A stretch of DNA of 64,000 nucleotides. It comes from Candidatus Hydrogenedentota bacterium (GTDB lineage Bacteria > Hydrogenedentota > Hydrogenedentia > Hydrogenedentales > SLHB01). Positions 29,040-38,482 of the stretch are shown one piece after another (within the stretch, counting starts at the first letter, position 1; every line of letters begins with the position of its first letter). The notes below the pieces were generated by a model. That model saw only the letters and a list, made by a program, of their open reading frames with translations, was not told where the DNA came from and ran no database searches. The position numbers were made by a program, and so were the translations under genes. The stretch covers positions 192,001 to 256,000 of the forward strand of contig CAXXYE010000004.1 of NCBI GenBank assembly GCA_963674865.2, read 5' to 3'.

Positions 29040-31385
29040 ATGCAGGTGAAGTATCCCAAAATGACTTGGCGCGAAGTAGGGCTGCAGGCGCTCTTGCTCC
29101 TGTTGTTGCTTGTCTGCGTCTTTCCCACCACCTTCTTCCGCGGCGAGATGATCGCCCCCGGGGAGATCATGTACGAGATTCCCCCGTGGATGTACTACGG
29201 CCCCGATGAGATCGAGCGGACAGCCCGCCTGTGCCTCGACGCGCTCACTGCGATGAACGCCTTTTATGTGCTGGCGGAACGCTCCATCGAGCAGGGGGAG
29301 TGGCCGCTGTGGAATTCGATGGAGATGGCGGGGATGCCGCTGCTGGCGAATTGCCAGAGCACGGTGTTCTATCCGCCCCGCCTCGTGCACACGTTTCTTG
29401 AGACATTTCTCGCCCTGACGGTATACATCCTGCTGAAGCTGTGGCTCTGCGGCATGACGGCCTACCTGTGCGGCCGCGGAATAGGACTCAAGAAGCCCAC
29501 GGCGCGCCTCTTCTCGGTGGCGTGGATGCTCAGTGGCTACAATGTCCTCTGGTGCTACTGGCCTCTGCCGGACGTCGCCGCATGGCTGCCGCTGCTTTTC
29601 CTTGGCATCGAGTGGCTTCTCGATGGGCGCTACCGCCGGGGCTTCTGGATGGGCGCCCTCGGCGCGGTGCTCCTCCTCCTCGCGGGCCATCCGGAGACGG
29701 CCTTCACCATGTCCCTCTCCGTGGGTGTGTACTTCTTCCTGCGCCTGATTCTCGAACGCCGCCGCGGACGTGGCCTCTGGATGCCTATCGCCTGCGCGGC
29801 GGGATTCTGGGCGGTAGCCCTCTTGGCCTGCGCCGGGCAGCTCCTGCCCTTCATCGAGTATCTCCGCCACAGCTACAGTTTTGCCCACCGGGCCGTCCGC
29901 GCCCACGACCAGCGCATCTTCTTTGTCTGGACCTCCATCCCGGCCTTCTGGATAGCGCGGATGTTCGGTACTTGGATGCATCAGAACTTCTGGGGCCACT
30001 GGCACTCGAATGTCACCGGGATGATGTACGCCGGCCTCGCCGCCTGGGCCGGCATCGCCTTGCTGCCCGTCAAGAAGGATGACACCCCCGTCATGCGCGT
30101 CCGCATCTACGCGCTGGCGCTCACTATATTCATCTTCCTGCTGACGGCGTTCAACGCCCCTCCGTTCAAATGGGTTCACAAGCTTCCTGTTCTCAATACG
30201 CTCTTCGAGTACTACCACATCGCGTTTGTAGCGTTCGGCGTACCGCTTTTGGGCGCCATCGGCCTGGAGCGCTGGTTTGACAAGCCCCGGAGACTCCGCG
30301 AGACGCTGTGGTTCTTGCCATGGGTTCTTGTTGCGGCGGGGATGGCCTACGGGATCTTTGCTTTCAATTGGAGCTACTTGCGCCGGCTGGGCGCGTTGCC
30401 CTTTGTCCACGTGCAATTCATTGTGGCCGCCGTGTTTGCCGCCCTCACCCTTGGGATCTGCGTGGTGTACTGTTTCTGGCGGCGGCCCAGGCTGCTCATC
30501 CTTCTCCTGACGCTTGTCCTCGCCGCGGACCTCATCGCTTCCTCACGCGGCCTCAAGTCGACTTCCCCCCGCAGTGAACTCTTCTTTGAAACGAAGCTGA
30601 CGAACTTCTTGCTCGAGCGGGAGCAGCCTTGCCGCGTCGCCGTGGGCATGACCACTATCCCCGGGGGACTGATGCCCACGTACGGCATCGAGGATTGGCA
30701 CGGTTACGACGGCATTTATCCCGAACGCATGCGGACTTGGCGCGAACAGCTTGGCACGGACCTCTGGAAGGCCATGGAACCTGCCTGCGCCATCGACTAT
30801 TACCTCAACGATGTGCGCTTCCCCGAACCTCTATTCCCGAGGGACGAGTTGAACACCTTCCATCTCGTTGCCACCTTTGAAGGCACCGAGGTCTACACCA
30901 ATAGCCGCGCTTTCTCGCGGGCCTTCCTGGTGCCCGAGGTGCGCGTTGTCCCCGATCTCGAAGAGATGTTCGAGACAATGCGCGATGAGCGTTTCGACCC
31001 CGCGAGCGTGGTTCTGGTGGAGCGCCCGCCGGAAGGGGAACTGCCCCACGCCACGGCGGCGAACCTGGGCGAAGCCAAGGTGACGCAACGCTCCTTCACG
31101 CATGAAGAAGTCCAGGTAGACGCCGCCGAGGATTGCGCGCTCGTGCTCTCGGAGAGCTTCTATCCCGGCTGGAAAGCCTTCCTCGACGGCGAGCGCGTCG
31201 ATCTGTGGCCCGCCTTCTACACCTACCGCGGCGTCCTCGTTCCTGCGGGCGAGCACACCATCCAGTTCCGCTACGAGCCCCTGTCCTTTTACCTAGGCCT
31301 GTGGACCTCCGCGATCACGCTCCTGGGGAGCATCGTGGCCGTGCTCTGGCAACTGCGGTGCCGCGCGTCATCGGGCGCTGCGTAG
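29040..31385 (+). CDS. YfhO-family polytopic membrane protein (GT-C-like)
   Basis: GEWPLWN...GMPLLANCQSTVFYPP, LAGHPE, LSESFYPGWKA...VPAGEHTIQFRYEP. Confidence 0.88.
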   Translation: MQVKYPKMTWREVGLQALLLLLLLVCVFPTTFFRGEMIAPGEIMYEIPPWMYYGPDEIERTARLCLDALTAMNAFYVLAERSIEQGEWPLWNSMEMAGMPLLANCQSTVFYPPRLVHTFLETFLALTVYILLKLWLCGMTAYLCGRGIGLKKPTARLFSVAWMLSGYNVLWCYWPLPDVAAWLPLLFLGIEWLLDGRYRRGFWMGALGAVLLLLAGHPETAFTMSLSVGVYFFLRLILERRRGRGLWMPIACAAGFWAVALLACAGQLLPFIEYLRHSYSFAHRAVRAHDQRIFFVWTSIPAFWIARMFGTWMHQNFWGHWHSNVTGMMYAGLAAWAGIALLPVKKDDTPVMRVRIYALALTIFIFLLTAFNAPPFKWVHKLPVLNTLFEYYHIAFVAFGVPLLGAIGLERWFDKPRRLRETLWFLPWVLVAAGMAYGIFAFNWSYLRRLGALPFVHVQFIVAAVFAALTLGICVVYCFWRRPRLLILLLTLVLAADLIASSRGLKSTSPRSELFFETKLTNFLLEREQPCRVAVGMTTIPGGLMPTYGIEDWHGYDGIYPERMRTWREQLGTDLWKAMEPACAIDYYLNDVRFPEPLFPRDELNTFHLVATFEGTEVYTNSRAFSRAFLVPEVRVVPDLEEMFETMRDERFDPASVVLVERPPEGELPHATAANLGEAKVTQRSFTHEEVQVDAAEDCALVLSESFYPGWKAFLDGERVDLWPAFYTYRGVLVPAGEHTIQFRYEPLSFYLGLWTSAITLLGSIVAVLWQLRCRASSGAA

Positions 31386-31426
31386 TCGCTGTCGCCCCGG
31401 AAGAATCCTGACGTTAGGAGTCGGCA

Positions 31427-32275
31427 ATGCATAGGACGTACCCAACAGCAATCGCTATCATCGCGGCCAGCGCTTTCGCGGCCCACGCGGAGACGGCGCT
31501 CAAGGTGATGACGTTCAACATTCGCTGGGCGGAGGCCGAAGACGGCGCCAACAACTGGAGCCACCGCCGCACCATCCTTACCGATGCTGTCCGTGCATAC
31601 GCGCCCGATGTTGTGGGGACGCAGGAGTGCCTCGAATTCCAGGCGGAGTTCATTGCCCAGACGCTTCCCGAATACCGCTGGATCGGCGTCGGATGCGCCG
31701 CCGATGGGACGGACGAGATGCCGGCCATTTTCTACAGGAAGGCCATTCTGTCGCCCATCGAGACAGGCGTTTTCTGGCTATCCGAGACGCCGGAAGTGCC
31801 CGGCTCCAAGTCATGGGAAACGCGATGCATCCGCATGGCCACGTGGGCGCGCTTTCGCCATATTCCCACCGACACGACCTTCTACTACTTCAACACCCAC
31901 TTGGACCACAAGAGCGAAGAGGCTAGGGCGAACGGGGCGAAACTGCTCGTGAAGCGCGCGGCCAAGCTGGCGGGGGATTTCCCTGTCATCGTGACGGGGG
32001 ATTTCAATGCGCCGGCCGGGACGTCGGAACCCTGGCGCATCTTTACAGACAAGGGATACAAGGACGCATGGCTTGAGGCGGGCAAGCGCATCGGCCCGGA
32101 AGGCACCTTCGGCCGGTTTGGCGCTCCCAGGGAAGGCGACACGAACCGCATCGACTGGATCCTTCTCCGCGGGCACTTCCAGGCCGCCGACTGTGAAACC
32201 GTCCTCTACAACGAAGACGGCTGGTATCCGTCCGACCACTACCCGGTTGTGGCAAACCTGATCCTCACGCCCTAG
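31427..32275 (+). CDS. exported endonuclease/exonuclease/phosphatase family protein
   Basis: MTFNIR, GTQE, NTHLD, GDFN, RIDWI, SDHYPV; signal peptide. Confidence 0.92.
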   Translation: MHRTYPTAIAIIAASAFAAHAETALKVMTFNIRWAEAEDGANNWSHRRTILTDAVRAYAPDVVGTQECLEFQAEFIAQTLPEYRWIGVGCAADGTDEMPAIFYRKAILSPIETGVFWLSETPEVPGSKSWETRCIRMATWARFRHIPTDTTFYYFNTHLDHKSEEARANGAKLLVKRAAKLAGDFPVIVTGDFNAPAGTSEPWRIFTDKGYKDAWLEAGKRIGPEGTFGRFGAPREGDTNRIDWILLRGHFQAADCETVLYNEDGWYPSDHYPVVANLILTP

Positions 32276-32355
32276 CAGAGCGGCTGCCCCGGCCTCTAGA
32301 GTTTTGACTCATAACTGACGTTGCTTATCTGCAGATGAAAAAGCGCCAACAAGAA

Positions 32356-32572
32356 GCGAAAACCGGGATTGACACAAGCGGAGCGAAGCGAAGACGTGTC
32401 TGTGGAGCTGTTGAAGAAGTCGCAATCGCTCCAGAGGTTGAGCGAAACACCGGGACTGTCCCAAGCGGAGTCCGCCGTAGGCGGACGCAGACGGGACTGT
32501 CCCAGGTCCTTTCGCGGCCTGCGTCCGGCAACTCTGGACTTTTTCAACGGCCCCTCTGTCCCTGCTTTTCGC
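32356..32572. repeat. REP-like hairpin element interrupted by a MITE
   Basis: Removing 32404-32559 restores GGGATTGACAC...GTGTCTGTCCC, similar to the reverse complement of 58034-58096. Confidence 0.75.
32404..32554. mobile_element. 151-bp MITE
   Basis: 18-bp TIRs GGAGCTGTTGAAGAAGTC / GACTTTTTCAACGGCCCC (15/18), flanked by TCTGT at 32399-32403 and 32555-32559; no transposase. Confidence 0.8.
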
Positions 32573-32621
32573 CGTTGTATGAGCGGCGCTTGCGTCTGAT
32601 GGTGGCATCACCGCGCAGTTC

Positions 32622-33381
32622 CTATTCCTTCTCACCCACGGCGACCAAGCGACGGGCGTTCTGATCGTAGGGCGTGCCGTCAAGGCTGCCATAGAGCCGG
32701 ACTTCACGGAAGCCGGCCTCCCGGAGGCGCTCCTTCAACTCCTGGCCCGAGTAGATGGTATGGGAGATGGTGTAGCTCTTCGCCCGGCCCTTGCGGATGA
32801 GCATCCACTCGCTCCGAATGCGTGTCCAATCATCGAGGATCTCTTGATGCCGGACGATGGTGGAGCCATCAGGGAGACGCTCAGACATGATCGGCTCGAG
32901 TATCTTCGCCAACCATTCCTTCCCGACACTCTCTATCACGAGCGTGCCTTGAGGCTTCAGGCAGGTGAATATGTTTCGCAGGACGGTCCGATCTTCTTCC
33001 TTCTCGTCGAAGTAGCCGAATGATGTGAACATATTGATCGCCAAATCGAAGGCCCCCGGCCGCACGAAGTCGCGCATATCCTGTTCTATCCATTCGATCT
33101 TGGCCTTCGCCGCCCGCGCACGAGCCTTGCCCTTCTCCAGGAGGAGGGGCGTCTTGTCCACGCCCGTGACGGCGAATCCCCTTTGCGCTAGGGGGATGGC
33201 GCACCGGCCCGGCCCGCAGCAGAGATCAAGCACCGCCTTACCCTTGGACTGCGTCAACGCGAGGAGCTTGTCCACCTCGCCCTCGGCTTCCGCGAAGCGC
33301 TCCTCCGAAAACATGGACGGATAGAAATCCCGCCAAAACCCTTCCCTGTCAAAACCACTCCCGCTTACGACGTCTCCCCAT
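32622..33381 (-). pseudogene. class I SAM methyltransferase with a +1 frameshift near the start (possible sequencing error)
   Basis: VLDLCCGPGR, DMRDF, NMFTSFGYF; AGGAG RBS and ATG 33381 give MGRRRKREWF, then an extra T (run 33351-33354) before DREGFW. Confidence 0.75.
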
Positions 33382-33478
33382 GTGGCGTGTCTCCTTTGTG
33401 AAAAGGGGCGCCTTATGCGCATCGACATTGTGGCGGATTCGCCGCCTGCTTCCCCCAATTCCGTGAGCCACTCAGCCC

Positions 33479-34081
33479 TTATCCGCCGATGCACCATCGA
33501 AGGGTGTAAGCGAGATATACGAACAATGGCGTCATGAATGCCACGGCCGCCAGGTACGTCGGCAGATGCTTGAGGGAGAAGGAACTCCCCGAGGTGGAGA
33601 GAATGACGACGCCAAAGAAGTTGAACACCGACAGAAACGCGCCCAAGAGCGCCAGCCCGACGGATGACCACACCATTTGGCCGTTTACCAGCTTACAGAG
33701 CACCAAGGCGAGAACCAGCGTGATGCCGTAGTACAACGCGACCTCGTAAATCAGCGTCTCCGCGGCGGTGCGGTAGGCGTAGTCCGTTTTGTTCAGCACA
33801 AGGCGCCCTTCCGCATGAGCGCCGGACTCCGTTTCGCAGACGAAAGAAGGCTTGTAGCGCGCCTTGACCACGCGCGCGATGACTTCGTAGACGATGGCCC
33901 CGAACGCCAGATAGGCCACGGTTCTCAAGGCCTGCGAAGGCACGGCGGAGGCGACGGAGGAGTCGACGAGCGACATGAGGTAGAGGTTCGCCGCGTACGC
34001 CCCCGCCCGAATAGAGCCGGCCAGATAGCGGCTCACGGCGCGCATCCAGGCACTGTCGGCCAGGCTATCGTGATGCTCCAC
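33479..34081 (-). CDS. hypothetical membrane protein
   Basis: About five hydrophobic segments; same strand as neighbours; start uncertain. Confidence 0.65.
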   Translation of the reverse strand: MEHHDSLADSAWMRAVSRYLAGSIRAGAYAANLYLMSLVDSSVASAVPSQALRTVAYLAFGAIVYEVIARVVKARYKPSFVCETESGAHAEGRLVLNKTDYAYRTAAETLIYEVALYYGITLVLALVLCKLVNGQMVWSSVGLALLGAFLSVFNFFGVVILSTSGSSFSLKHLPTYLAAVAFMTPLFVYLAYTLRWCIGG

Positions 34082-34196
34082 TCGCCAGCTCCGTGGCTTG
34101 AACCTTCGCTGTCCCAGTTTGCACTATTATGGCATAGAAAAGTGGGCAGTACGGAGAGAACTTACACCCGCCCGAATGCTCCGGCCTGGCCCATTT

Positions 34197-35608
34197 TCAG
34201 GCCTCAAACGCTGGGGATGTCTGGCTTCTATCCTCTTCGAGTTGATGGACGAGGAGCGCTGGATCGAGTTCGCGCGGCGTGGCGTTTTCGCGGAGGCTCA
34301 GCGCGGCGGCGGCGCCCGCCGCCTGGCCGGTCGCCATGCACGTCTGCTGGATTCGCAGGCTGGCCTGGGCAAGGTGGCTTGATGAGACGCACCGGCCGGC
34401 CATCAGCAAGTTATCGACCTCTTGGGCGACGATGGGCGCCGTAGGGAATGTCGAAGTAGTCGCCCTGCCCGCATACGCTCCTCGCGCTCCCCGTAGGCCG
34501 GATCGTCTCGCGGCACCGCGGCCTTGCTGTAGCTGTTGGCGGGCCAGACGTCGATATCCCATGAGCAGCGTGCGATGCCTTCGCCCGGCTGTTTCCGGAA
34601 ACTCCAGGCGTCCTCATCCGACACCGTCGCCAATCCACGGAGTCGGCGCGATGAGCGCACGCCGATCTGGTTCGACGTGTCGAGCAGATAGGCGTCTTCG
34701 CAGCCCGGCACGAAGCGCCGGAATGCCTCAGCGCCCTGACGCGCCTGCTCGCGGCCTTCCCGCTCCGCGCGCGTCAGCTCCCACGGATCGAGCGGATCGA
34801 TTTCGAGCACACGGCTGATCAGGGAAAGCGTCTCCGTTCGCGGCTTGGGCAGTTCCCACAGCCACGACCGGACGTAGTTAAGAAACCGCGTCTTCTCGAC
34901 CAGCACCGGCGCGTCGAACTCGCCCCGGGCGATGGCCGACGTCAATTCCTCCTCGATGCGCTCAAGCGCGTCCTCGTCTGGCCAGTCCGCCGGCCGTTGG
35001 GCGTTGCCAAGTCGAAGCATCTTGGTGAGCGCCATGGCCCACGGATGTTCGCCGTCGCCTTGCTCCCAAGGGACGCCCGATTGTGCCGCGACGATGCCGT
35101 CGCCGGAACAGTCGATCACACGCTCCGCGAGTACGGCGCGCCGGCCCGCCCGCGTCTCGACGAACACGCCGTTGGCCTTGCCCTCCTCCAATAGGCACGT
35201 GCAGGCGTACGCGTGATGGAGGATGGCCGCCCCGGCCTCCGACACGAGTTCGTCCCACACGAACTTCACCTGCTCGGGATCGACGACGCTGCGGATCTGC
35301 CCGCGTTTGGGACATCGCATGAATGGCCTCACGGCATTGCGTTGGCGCAGTCCATGGATATACTCGTGCCAGATGCCCTGGAAATCGGCCCCGTTCGTGC
35401 TCAGGATCACGCACACCAACTGCGCTACCGTCGCCCCGCCGAGATAGCCGTCCTTCTCGATCAGGAGCGTGTTTGCGCCATGGCGGGCCGATGCGACGGC
35501 CGCGGCGCAGCCGGCGGGCCCACCGCCGCATACGACCACATCGTAAGCGCCCAGGACGGGGACGTCGTTGGCAGGTTCAGGATAGGTTTGGGATGTGTTC
35601 CTCAACAT
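34197..35608 (-). pseudogene. FAD-dependent oxidoreductase with two frameshifts (possible sequencing errors)
   Basis: VVCGGGPAG, IDCSGDG, GVRSSRR; the C-terminus DYFDIPYGA / IVAQEVDNLLMAGRCVS..HLAQASLRI..TCMATGQAAG is spread across three frames. Confidence 0.85.
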
Positions 35609-35659
35609 TCTCTCCGATACCTTGAGCCGCGTGACTCAGCCTGCGGCGATCTCAGGTTC

Positions 35660-36532
35660 CTACACATCGACACCCAGGAAGGCGCGCAGTACATAGCCGA
35701 CGAGAAAGCTGAAGCCTGCCACGCCGAAGCTCACGCCGGCCATCTCGAAAAAGCGCTTCTTGAAGGACTCGTCTTGCGCTACGGATACGTAGTAGTTGAA
35801 AAAGGCGATGATGAGCACGGCCGCCCCGAGAGTCCAGCCCAGGCAGATATAGTAATTGTCGAGCATTAGGTACGGCGCCACGAGTGTGAGAACGGTAATG
35901 ATGTAGGCCACGCCTGTGTAAACCGACGCCCGCAGCGGCTCTTTGGTGGTGTCTTCGGCCTTTGTGGAGAGGTATTCCGAGGCGCCCATGGATAACGCCG
36001 CGGCAATTCCCGTGATCGACCCCGTCAGGGCGATCAGGCGCGTATTCTGGAGGGCCAGCGTCAGTCCTGCCAAGGCCCCCGTCAACTCGACCAGCGCATC
36101 GTTCAAGCCCAGGACAATGGAGCCGACATAGCGCAGGCGCTCCTCGTCAAGCATGCCCAGCAGCGCCTGTTCGTGATCATTCTCGTCGTGCGCGATGGCG
36201 GCGGACGCCTCGATAGTGTCTTCGAGTTGGCTGTAGTTGACCTGCGCCCCTTCCTCGCCCCGCTCCATCAGCTTCACTCCGAAGGTGAAGCCGAATACGC
36301 GACTGACGAGATAGTAGAACCACACCTTGACGCGATCCGGCTGCACATCTGCTTCAGTGTAGTTCTTCCACTCTTTGTAATGCCGGAGTTCATCAGCCGC
36401 GATATCCGCGAGGACCTTGCTGTTGTCCGGGCACTTCACGGCGGAGGCGAGCTTCTTGTAGATATGGTGCTCGGTGATTTCGTTGCGCTGATAGCTGAGA
36501 AGTTGTTGGCGTAGTTCGTCGGTAATCGCCAT
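35660..36532 (-). CDS. rubrerythrin-like domain fused to VIT1/CCC1 transporter
   Basis: NEITEHHIY, DELRH, DENDH diiron motifs; SIVLGLNDALVELTGALAG, ALSMGASEYLS. Confidence 0.9.
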   Translation of the reverse strand: MAITDELRQQLLSYQRNEITEHHIYKKLASAVKCPDNSKVLADIAADELRHYKEWKNYTEADVQPDRVKVWFYYLVSRVFGFTFGVKLMERGEEGAQVNYSQLEDTIEASAAIAHDENDHEQALLGMLDEERLRYVGSIVLGLNDALVELTGALAGLTLALQNTRLIALTGSITGIAAALSMGASEYLSTKAEDTTKEPLRASVYTGVAYIITVLTLVAPYLMLDNYYICLGWTLGAAVLIIAFFNYYVSVAQDESFKKRFFEMAGVSFGVAGFSFLVGYVLRAFLGVDV

Positions 36533-36578
36533 GCTTCCATCCCTACTCCGGCGCGCTTGCCCGCGCCGGGCGAGCCGC

Positions 36579-37238
36579 TTACCGCTTCTCCGGGAAGTAG
36601 TGGCCTTCAATGAGCGCGCAGAACGTGTGGTAGAGAACCAGATGCGCTTCCTGGATCACCTTGGTTGAATCGCCGGGCGCTTTGATGGCGATGTCGGCGA
36701 AGCCGGCCATCTTACCGCCCTTCGGCCCCGTCATCGAAACGACGGTGGCGCCCATAGCCTTGGCTATCGACATGGCCATCAGGCAGTTACCGGCATTGCC
36801 CGAGGTAGAGATGCCCATGACCACGTCCCCGGGCCGGACCTTCGCGTAGGTTTCCTGCGCGAAGGCGATATCGCGCATGGGGGAGTCGTTCTCGACGGCG
36901 GTCTTCAAGGAGCTGTTAAGGCCTAGGGCAACCGCGGGCAGCCCCACTTCGAGATACGCCGCCAGTTCCTCGCCGAAAGGAAGCTCCTTGAGCTTCTTGG
37001 CTACCTCCGCGGGGACGGGGCGCTTGCGCTCGAAACTCTTTTCGAGTTCGCCCACGATATGCACGGCATCCGCACAGCTTCCGCCATTCCCGCACACCAG
37101 GAACTGGCCGCCGCCGTCGTAGGCCTTCACCAACGCCGCGTGCAGCGCCAGGAGACTGTCAACGCACCCCGCCAAGTCCGGCCGGCGGGCCAGCGTCTCA
37201 TCGAGAATCTCTTGTTCAACAGGTAGTAACGCGCCCAA
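36579..37238 (-). CDS. SIS-domain phosphosugar isomerase (GmhA-like)
   Basis: CGNGGSCADAVH, TAVEND, GISTSGN, IQEAHLVLYHTFC. Confidence 0.88.
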   Translation of the reverse strand: MGALLPVEQEILDETLARRPDLAGCVDSLLALHAALVKAYDGGGQFLVCGNGGSCADAVHIVGELEKSFERKRPVPAEVAKKLKELPFGEELAAYLEVGLPAVALGLNSSLKTAVENDSPMRDIAFAQETYAKVRPGDVVMGISTSGNAGNCLMAMSIAKAMGATVVSMTGPKGGKMAGFADIAIKAPGDSTKVIQEAHLVLYHTFCALIEGHYFPEKR

Positions 37239-37292
37239 AATCCGTAACCTCCCATACGATCCGCCGCCCCTGATGCCACGGGGCCACCGGAC

Positions 37293-38450
37293 TCAGACTC
37301 GGCCCGTTTTCGCTTCACCGCGCTTCTTCCAGTCATCCTCCGGCTCGATGCCTTCTAGGCGTTGCAGGAGCATTAGTAGGAAGTCCCGGTTGTCCGCCGT
37401 CATGTAACGCATCGTGCCGCCCATGCGAGCGAAAGTCTTGTTGTACCTGAGGTAGTAGTCGGGATTGTCTTCGGGCGGCTCGCCCTGTGTCCAGTCCCAA
37501 TGAGACTCCTGCAAGTCCGCGATAACCATGTAGTGGTTGTCGATGTGTCCGCCCCGCTGCATCGTGAGGTTCTGCGCCATCGACAACGACTTCTCGAACA
37601 CCATAGGCGACATCACCGCCGAGCCGAGCGACATGTACACGCCGCCATCCAGGTTCATGACGTTGTTCGCAAACGCCAGGAAGTCGCGCTGCGCCGTGCG
37701 CCCGATGGCCGCGCAATGGTTCATCGGATGCACGTAGATGATATCGTGGCCGATCATCGGATGGCTGGTGAAGGGCACGCCAAACCGGTACGCGGCGGAC
37801 TGCACGCCGTAGCGCTTGTACGGATGCGGTATCCCCAGCCAGCCCGGTTTGAGGTCGAAGCCTTCCAGGATCTTGAGCATATCGCAGGCCGCGGCCGCTC
37901 GCTCCGGATCCGCGTCGATTTGATCCGCGACGACCTCCTTGAGCGCCGCCTTCGACGGAATCTCACAGCCTTCGAGTTCGACGAATTTGCCCACCGATTC
38001 GCCGTATCCGAGCCCCTCATAGGCGCCCATGTTGATGGCCAGATTCAAGTACGTGCCTGTTTCTTGCCATACGCCGAACTGCCCCTGGCTAACGTTCGCC
38101 CGGACGTCTTCGCTGCTGCACCCCTGATACGCGAATTCCCAGTCGTGAATGATCCCCGCGCCGTTCGTGGCGAGATGTGTCACCCAGCCCGTCTCCATGA
38201 GCTTCACCAGCACAGGCCCAAGGCCATTCTTGATGGTGTGGGCGCCGAAGGCAAGCATGCGGGAGCGCCCTGTCTCGCGCGCCTGGCGCATGTGGCCGAG
38301 CAACTCCGCCATCACGGCCTCGCCATGCTCGGAGAGGGCCCGTGGCCGTGCCGTCAACGGGATGGCGTCACGTTCTATGAAGACTTTGTTCTTGCGCTCA
38401 TCGAGCGGCTTGATCTTCAGTTGATGCCGGTTCAACTGGGGAAAAGGCAT
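37293..38450 (-). CDS. uncharacterised protein, deoxyhypusine-synthase-like fold
   Basis: FGAHTIKNGL, HLATNGAGIIHD, SEDV, FGVWQETG, LGSAVMSPMVFEK; AAGGA RBS. Confidence 0.75.
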   Translation of the reverse strand: MPFPQLNRHQLKIKPLDERKNKVFIERDAIPLTARPRALSEHGEAVMAELLGHMRQARETGRSRMLAFGAHTIKNGLGPVLVKLMETGWVTHLATNGAGIIHDWEFAYQGCSSEDVRANVSQGQFGVWQETGTYLNLAINMGAYEGLGYGESVGKFVELEGCEIPSKAALKEVVADQIDADPERAAAACDMLKILEGFDLKPGWLGIPHPYKRYGVQSAAYRFGVPFTSHPMIGHDIIYVHPMNHCAAIGRTAQRDFLAFANNVMNLDGGVYMSLGSAVMSPMVFEKSLSMAQNLTMQRGGHIDNHYMVIADLQESHWDWTQGEPPEDNPDYYLRYNKTFARMGGTMRYMTADNRDFLLMLLQRLEGIEPEDDWKKRGEAKTGRV

Positions 38451-38482
38451 AGCACATTCCTTCGGTTGTGGTGGCGCGTATC

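Noticed and set aside
28995..30416. 473-aa antisense ORF over the YfhO-like gene
   Set aside because: Shadow of a hydrophobic membrane protein gene
32296..32707. Several short ORFs between the EEP and methyltransferase genes
   Set aside because: They run through the MITE/REP palindromes and have no protein-like features
33382..33671. Long N-terminal extension of the methyltransferase ORF in the track
   Set aside because: Overlaps the upstream gene; the true start is better explained by ATG 33381 plus a frameshift
36579..37238. Calling the SIS gene gmhA of ADP-heptose synthesis
   Set aside because: Motifs fit, but no hldE/gmhB/hldD are nearby, so the substrate is left open
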